From NCBI RefSeq assembly GCF_963853765.1, contig NC_088859.1, positions 38,378,001-38,442,000 of the forward strand: a DNA stretch of 64,000 nucleotides. Reading direction: 5' to 3'. This stretch comes from Magallana gigas (taxonomy: Eukaryota). Below, in pieces: positions 56,558 through 64,000 of this stretch. The stretch's first letter is position 1. Each line of letters begins with the position of its first letter. A model generated the notes under the pieces. It had not been told where the DNA came from, searched no databases, and saw only the letters and a program-made list of their open reading frames with translations. A program made the position numbers and the translations under genes.

Positions 56558-58112
56558 CAAATCTGCGGGAGTAAATTTAAGTTATATTTTGTATTAAAGT
56601 GATATAATTTCTGTATTTTTTTTTTAACTTTCACTCACAAGACAGCTGGGGAGATAAAATAAAAGATATGCAAATATGGGCAATGTTTATTTTTTTTATT
56701 AAAGACTTCAATGTGTATGAAGAACACACATAATGGCACATTAATAAGAAAACATGAAACTGATTGAAATTAATGATGTTAAAAGCGCATTTAAATGTCC
56801 TCTTTCTTCTTTCTTATGAAAAAGTCCTACAAAGTGGTTGTTTGCAATTAGGACAATTTTGTGTATGTATTCCAAGGCTAATGAGTTTTGAGCTTCACAT
56901 GTGACACACACACTACAAGAGAAAGGCTCTCCCTGGGTACACTATGAGAAGAAAAGGTGTGTGTTGTGAATGTCATTACCCCGCCACGGTGCTGAACACA
57001 GCTCTCTTAAAATTAGAAAACCCAGATAAATTTTAAACGCTTCTTGCTTATTAATGCATTCTTTATAATATTCTTTCTAATACCGGTATATGGACCGAAT
57101 CATAAATAGCGATATGGTGTACATCGTGAAACGCCTTTATTTGAGAACCATTACAATCAACAGATTGTTTTGAAGTGTGACATCTTGTTTGAATTTGCAT
57201 TTAAATATCGAGATGAAAATCAAAGCCATAAATCCAAGGACTGTAACTTAACATCTCAATGATCCCGACACTAAGCACCGTTTCATCTCTACAGACGTGT
57301 TGCCATGCATGAACTAGCTGCATGTTGGGTATTGAAATCCACATGGATGAATTGCTCCAATGGCTTACATTTAACAAAAATATTTAACCATTAGGTGTGA
57401 CTGTTTGTTTTACTGGTTGTAAGGACCAGGAAATTTAATCAATCTCCATCCATTAAATCATAGGCCTCTGAATTTCTATCAATAAGCTGTTAAATGTATG
57501 GGATGAGAGATATATATATATATATACCATATCTATATATAAATACATCAGGTGTACTTATATATCCGTATTTATATATAGATATGGTATATATATATAT
57601 CTCTTCATACATTAACAGCTTATTGATAGCAATTCAGAGGCCTGTGATTAAACTCGTTCTGAAACAAATTCTACGTTTGCTATGATCGTGTAATTAATTT
57701 GTGAAAGTATAGGCTCTGGCCACACCATTGGCTGCAAAAGTTGCGGCACATTCTATATATCTGGGTATATGATATCATATGTACACCGGGATACCCTTGG
57801 CTAAGGTCAACCAGTCAAGCGGCGCCGTGAAAGAAAGGGTTCACAGTGGCTGGTCTCTTCATTCATTCAATTATTTCCAGTCATGTGACGAGGACCTTTG
57901 CGGAAGTTTTGTTTCTGCATGGGTTAAAACTGAACGTTTGTGAAACTGTACGTAATAATATCAATTAAGGACACATTTTACAATGCCTGCCGTATTTCAG
58001 GGATCTCAATATAAGCCCAATAAGCAGTCGTGTTGATTTACAAGTGTGCAAAGACGTTCAAGTGTTTTCTTCTGTTGTGATATGCATGAGCCAACGAGCA
58101 AAATGCTCTTAC

Positions 58113-58120
58113 TATATAAA
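58113..58120 (+). promoter_or_regulatory. TATA box upstream of the CARD-like gene
   Basis: TATATAAA located 108 nt 5' of the ATG at 58228. Confidence 0.45.
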
Positions 58121-58227
58121 CCTCTTTACGTTTAAGTTACAGACAAGAGATTCCTTGTGTTATAAACGTGTCGTTATAAATTATTTTAAAAAAAGAGACG
58201 TGTGCCACTCCTTTTAAATGCATATGG

Positions 58228-59631
58228 ATGTACGAGATGGTTGATCAAAATAAAACAATTTCGTTAAAATATCATTCCCATCTTGCAGAGAACATTCGGC
58301 TGTCGTCTTTCGGCAAGGTGCTGGTAGACAGAGGGGTCATCAAACGTGATGATTACAATGTCTTGCTACAGAAGAACACCAGAGAGGATTGTGCCAAACT
58401 GTTGTTAAAACTGTACAAGATTTGTAACCCAGGGATAATGTTTCAATGCTTAAAGGACTCTGGTCATGAAGAGCTTTGCAATGACATGGAAAGCGGTTCA
58501 ATTCCCGTACAGAAACACAAGATGTACGCAACACCACCCGCCTGTGGTCTTTATTTAGACAGTCAGAAACTCATCGAGAACTTTTCAGATCGTGTGAAAA
58601 TGAAAATCCATAACGCTGAAGCTAAAGATTGTATAACAAAGTTTGATGTTTGGAGCGAGACTTTGCTGAAAGCCATCCAACGTGGAAGCTTGAGTCTGAG
58701 CGAGGAGCGCAAATATGCAGACTGTTGTTTTGTGTTGCTTGATGCATTGGTTGTTCTGTATCGTACACACAGTCTGGATCGGCAGTCCGTGTTTGGTAAG
58801 AAAGAGTTCAAAAACATGGAGTATCTCATCTCTAAAACAGCACATCCATCACTGACACGGATTCGTTACCAAAGTCGCTACGGTGTGTCTTTATTTCAAG
58901 GAGGTGAAACGGATAAAGGATTACAGTATATTTCATCAGCATTAGGTGATGCAAACTTATTTCTGTCTGGTAAAGATATTGGGAATATTTTATTTGCTCT
59001 TGTGAATATCAAACTTGAACTGTATGCCCAAAATCCGGATGACGAGTTAAAAAAGGAGATTCTCGATTACGTTGAGTTAGGGATTCGATATTTCGAGAAC
59101 GAAAACGAGGATACTCGAAATAATTGGCGTTGTATTTATTTAGATAAGAAAACGTGTTGTTACCTAGGTCTGAACAGTGATGGCAAACCTATCGAAGGTG
59201 CCGTTGTTAGCGAGGAGGATCTGGATAGGGCCAAAGATTGTTTACAAGAAGCCGAGCAACTCGATTCAGTGATGGACATTCGCAGACGCATGCATTTCTA
59301 TCGAGCCAGAGCAAAATACCATAACCATCAGAAAAACTACAAAATTTCTGTTGGATTTTTGGAGGAAGCATTAGAACTGGCCAAAATGGGCAGTTTTCAC
59401 CACGACGAGAAAATACTGATCCAGCAGTGTTCACCCTTCAGCAGATCGGAAAAAGAGGCGATAGAACACGCTATAGAGATCGTCAATGAACCGGAATACA
59501 GCGTGAACACCGACAGAAATCGTGAACTGGACACCAAAGACCTGGATAAACGAGCCCTAGAGGTCATTGCTGCAGCCTTACATATGGACACCTTCACTCA
59601 AGTTATTAAAAGAGAACCGACGGAAAACTAA
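58228..59631 (+). CDS. Intronless 467-aa protein with N-terminal CARD-like death fold and C-terminal TPR-like helical repeats
   Basis: Single long ORF in otherwise AT-rich DNA. Residues ~10-90 fit a CARD pattern (LVDRGVIKRDDYNVLLQKNTREDCAKLLLKLYK...FQCLKDSGHEELCNDME). The C-terminal part has TPR-like helix pairs (RYGVSLFQGGETDKGLQYISSAL; FYRARAKYHNHQKNYKISVGFLEEALELA). TATA box ~110 nt upstream. Confidence 0.7.
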   Translation: MYEMVDQNKTISLKYHSHLAENIRLSSFGKVLVDRGVIKRDDYNVLLQKNTREDCAKLLLKLYKICNPGIMFQCLKDSGHEELCNDMESGSIPVQKHKMYATPPACGLYLDSQKLIENFSDRVKMKIHNAEAKDCITKFDVWSETLLKAIQRGSLSLSEERKYADCCFVLLDALVVLYRTHSLDRQSVFGKKEFKNMEYLISKTAHPSLTRIRYQSRYGVSLFQGGETDKGLQYISSALGDANLFLSGKDIGNILFALVNIKLELYAQNPDDELKKEILDYVELGIRYFENENEDTRNNWRCIYLDKKTCCYLGLNSDGKPIEGAVVSEEDLDRAKDCLQEAEQLDSVMDIRRRMHFYRARAKYHNHQKNYKISVGFLEEALELAKMGSFHHDEKILIQQCSPFSRSEKEAIEHAIEIVNEPEYSVNTDRNRELDTKDLDKRALEVIAAALHMDTFTQVIKREPTEN

Positions 59632-61776
59632 ATGTGATCTGTGTATACTGTGAAAACATTTGAATTCGAGGAGGCCAATTTTCGTGTTATGCATTTTATT
59701 TGCTGATTGCGTAACATCGAGCTATATGACGTTCAGGTGATGAAAACATTACTTTTGAATATTTGGGCAAAATATATTTATACTTCAACTTTTCCTTTGA
59801 TGCATGTTTTTAAACATTTTTCAAAGTCTGTAGTTATTTTTTAGAGATCAATATTCGTACCTCCAAAACCTCGAATTTAGATCTCGAACTTTATTCAATA
59901 GTACACGTTAAAACGGGGCTAACCATTCAGCAGCTATTCACAACGGGCATTCTGCATGTACATGTATGTATTTGATAATAATTCCGAAGAAATATAGAGG
60001 CAGATTCTCGGTGTACTTGCGTCACATTAACTATTTCAATTGTCTGATAAAACTATTGCCACGATGCATATACCGGTATATGCTTACAAAGACTGAGTCT
60101 CTTTTCCCCGAGAGTCTTCAGTAATATTGTTATAGGGCGGTTTTTCACTTCTTGATAACTTTACATAATTTCTACATCTTTAAACTAAAAACCTTTTCAG
60201 AACAAAAAAAACCCATTAATTTCTTTTGCATTGTCTCGTGAAACTTGATTCTTCTGAAACTGCTTTACACCCACAAGGCCCTAAGTTTGCTCAAACTGTG
60301 GGCCTGTGTTCCTTTGACAATCTTTGCTCCATGAGTGATGAATGATAATTCATTTTTCAATTTGTGAAGTCAAAGAAATAAAATCAAGAATTCTTTTGGA
60401 TAATTTTGCTTTTTAATGGCCAGTGCCAGCAGATATGTTGTGACATCGCCAAAGCGTAACATGAAGAAACAACAACAACAAAACATACATGTAGATCTAA
60501 TATTCAATGAAAACATAGACAAATAAAGAATACCAGTATAACGTCCAAAAAACTACCGATATACAGTTATATATAATATATCAACTGCAAAACAGGAATT
60601 CTGTTTTTGAAGCCCCCAAACTTTCAACAGACAATTGAACAGCTAGATGTGACTGTCACCGAAGGTCAGTCGATCTTTACACGGCGACCAATTTCAGAAA
60701 CTTAGCTTGAACATACTGAAAATAATTCAGTTTTCGTGCCTCAAACAACGGACGCTGTAAAAATAAAAAGAGTAGGTCAGACTGAAAAAACCCGCTGACG
60801 AGCTGATGGTATCACTGCTTTGTGAACCCTCGTGTAGAATTTCCACAAAGTTTTTGCCTTTTAAAGGTTTTTCTCATTACCACGGAAATCTAACTTTTTA
60901 GAATGTCTATTATTTTTAAAGGTTTGTCATCGTGATCCCCTTATACGGATTAAGATGTGTGTGTACTCTTTTGTTGTAGTCTCTTGTTCACCGACCCAGC
61001 GAAATTATCGAATTCAGAATGTGATGAAATATTGTCATATTAGTATGTTAGATGAACATTAATTTCTAATAAGGAAACAGTATAGGGTTTTATGCACATT
61101 AATTAATTTCTAATGAGAAATCAAGAGGGTTTAATGCACATATTTATATGCTGAAATTTGTAGGCACTTCTATTGATTTATAGAAAATATGCAGAGTAAT
61201 TTTTTGTTTTGGATATTTTTTAACGGGTGAGAGTAGCGGTCGGTTATGCTATACGATGCTATAAGACACGCCCATTTTGTGTCACTCATGTTTTATGAAG
61301 TTATTGGGTTTTCGGGTTCAAAATTGATGTTATCACAGACAAAGACAGTTGAAAATGTAAATATATGAAAATAAAAAGTTTTAAAATTTGGAATATACAA
61401 TGATTATATAGTGAATTAAAACACCATTTTAATCGATTCAAGCAGGTATAATGAAGCATGTTTTATGGTGGACTCGGTCGATAATTTATAATCAAAGTAC
61501 TGAAGAACTGTCGGGAGTTGATTTTGTCGATGTTTATTTATTTTAGAATCAATGATATGTTATTTTGCATGACAAGTACATGTATACGTAGTTTCTAATT
61601 TGAATTACGCATATTTGTATAATATGAATTTTTGAAATTTTTCGACTAGAATGTCGAGAAACCTCCATATGAATCATAATAAATAATATTTAAAGATAAA
61701 ATTAATTCAATCAAACTATGTATCAGTGGTAGAAATATTTCTCGAAAATTGTATGGATCCAAGCAATATTGAACTC

Positions 61777-61865
61777 TAGTCTCGTTCAACCAAACGCTCG
61801 GCTGACACCGTAAATCTCCGACAAGGGTTTACGGAGACAGCCGAGCGTCGAGTTGAACCAGACTA
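61777..61865. mobile_element. Short palindromic MITE
   Basis: TAGTCTCGTTCAAC...ACGCTCGGCTG...CCGTAAA / TTTACGG...CAGCCGAGCGT...GTTGAACCAGACTA hairpin with TA ends. Confidence 0.65.
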
Positions 61866-64000
61866 TGTTGAACTCTGGCGTAGGAATACATACGACTACA
61901 AAAAATATTTAAATTGTTCGTACCATTTAAAATCTGACTATTTTAAGGTATTTGTAAATAATTATAAGTTTCCTTGAAAAACAATGCTTTAGCATACATT
62001 ACATCGAATTCATCAATCATTTTCAAGAACTAAGTCTTGTCAGGAGCAATGATTTGTGCTGAGGTCCAAACACTGTTTCACTTTCGGTTTGTCCGAGTGA
62101 CTGCATAGGAGAGTTGATTAAAAATCAACTCCCAAAAATGCAAATATAAACTCTTCAAAACTGTTCAACAAGATGTACATATGCATTAATAATTATTGTG
62201 CAAAATGATAGCACTGCATAGTGCTCGGTTTTCTCTACCACAAAGCTATCTTACATTTATTTAGATACATTGTAGATTTTCACAAATCTATCAAATATGT
62301 TTCGACTTTCTTTAGTGTCGTCAATATTCACATATCGGAATTAGCGATAGATGAAACGGTTACGACTGTACTGTATAGTGTTTAATATGACAGGGAAGCG
62401 ATGATCACCTTCATTAGGATGTATTAGTTAGTCAATTATTGACTGAGTACAGGAAACGGTGTTTATATCAGGGAAACAGAAACACCATAGAAATGTGTTC
62501 ATTTTTTAAAGTGCACTAAGTTTTTTAAACAAAGTTAAGATGAAAGGAATTAGGTTGTTGTGAAAGTAAATAACTTACGCTGGCTTAGTCAGCTTCAATT
62601 TAAAACTAGATTTTGTCGGCATGTAGAGAGGTTGAACGTTATCAGTGCATATCGTCCCACACTTAACATGTGCATGCTTTGTTGCTGAATTTATTTTACA
62701 GTAACTTTTACGTAATATACAGATTTAGTAACATGTTCATGGACTACCAATGAAAAAAAAATTTAAGACTTTTTTGAGGGACGTAGCAGGTACATTGAAT
62801 ATAGAAACATTAAGGCATACACAGTGATTTCAGTGCACTTGTTTTATATATTTGTCACAATATTTAGTACATCCTCTCAGTCTGATAATTACATGCTCTA
62901 CAATACAGCGAATACTCACGAGAACAAGAGAAGCATTGTCACGCGGAATTGAAGTTTTACAAATTTTTAATTCGATGAAAATTAAAGAGCACTATTGAGA
63001 CCATTGCATATTGTATGTGGAGGGTATATTATCATTTGTCAATGACAGTTATACTGAACCAAACGGAACAACTCCAAGACACAAATAATCATCCGTTCCA
63101 ATTCAGAACAAGCCTTACAACAAAGGAATGAACATTCAACTCGAGAATGAGCTCGATCGTCCATTACTTGTTTCATTATAACGCAATGTCTTCAATTCAA
63201 AAAGACGCTAATACGTTAAACAAATGCTATGAAATTGTGTAACTGGATGATAAAACCAATTTTGTATTTCTTGGTCTTGGAAAGCTTTGTCGTTTTAAAA
63301 CCAAAATATCTGAGATTGTCTGCATGTTCTCCTCAAACCCCCCCCCCCCCAAATCTACCTTGCTCTTCGTCATACAAACTGTTTGTAAATACATGTATGT
63401 AATAAATATTGTAGCTCTTGTACCATTTATATGGTTTTATGAAAAAATATAAATGAACTGAAACGAATTGAACGCAAAAAAGAAAAGAAATTTTACGATC
63501 ATATTACGATTTCATAATATTTTGATCAGTTGTTGGCACAAGTTGCTTGTGAGGGAAACGCGCGTGTATTCCTCTGGTTTGAAATATAAGTATGTAAACA
63601 CGATATTGTAACAAAACATATACTGTGTTATTTGATTTGTTAATATGATACAATGTCCTTGAACAAGTTAACATGGTATTATCATATAACTTTTAGAAAA
63701 TATACTGTCTTCCGGTTGTACAATAAACATGTCAACCGATATTTTCCCTACACGTGTAATATAAACCTTGGGAGTGTTATAACTTCAGGTACGTAACCCC
63801 CCCCCCCCCCCCCATAAACCTTTTCTCGCAGCAAACATTTTTTTAGATTTACATATAAAAATTGAATTATCATTGAGTGCCCCCCTCCCCCACTTCTTTG
63901 GGAGTATGTTAAAAATTGAAATAAAAATAAGGAAATTTTGAGTGAAATTGAAGTTATAGGTATACTACGCTACCCCATCTCCCTCCCCCCCCCCCCCCCC

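Noticed and set aside
57780-57960. kB-like (GGGATACCC) and ISRE-like (AAAACTGAAC, GAAACT) motifs upstream of the CARD-like gene
   Set aside because: Each deviates from consensus, and such short matches are expected by chance.
59632-64000. Possible further gene at the right end
   Set aside because: No ORF of 60 aa or more and no convincing exon chain; the region appears to be repeat remnants and poly-C tracts.

Overview
AT-rich, intron-containing animal genomic DNA, most likely a bivalve mollusc such as Crassostrea/Magallana (inferred from the frequent TACATGTA motifs and a Helentron-type element carrying Cg170-like ~165-bp repeats). I reconstructed spliced models by hand (GT-AG, phase-consistent) for eight protein-coding genes. 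In order: (1) a short IQANK1 paralog (-, 705-3545); (2) IQANK1 (+, 4925-9424); (3) R-spondin (-, 10920-~21111); (4) EIF3E (-, 34087-41247); (5) RNF146 (+, ~41540-43033); (6) AGPAT5 (-, 45958-50263); (7) an EFCAB3/SPATA21-like EF-hand gene (+, 50552-56557); (8) an intronless CARD-like + helical-repeat gene (+, 58228-59631). Six of the eight genes form three head-to-head pairs. Introns and intergenic DNA hold two satellite-carrying non-autonomous Helentrons, several MITEs, a minisatellite and a 133-N gap. Highlights: the IQANK1 C-terminus looks like a dynein heavy chain AAA5 domain, and the divergent paralog keeps only that domain plus a basic tail; the R-spondin keeps both its ZNRF3/RNF43- and LGR-binding determinants; the Rspo-EIF3E-RNF146-AGPAT5 cluster joins neighbours that are split among vertebrate RSPO/ANGPT paralogous loci. 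All homology calls are from recall and by-eye alignment, not database searches.
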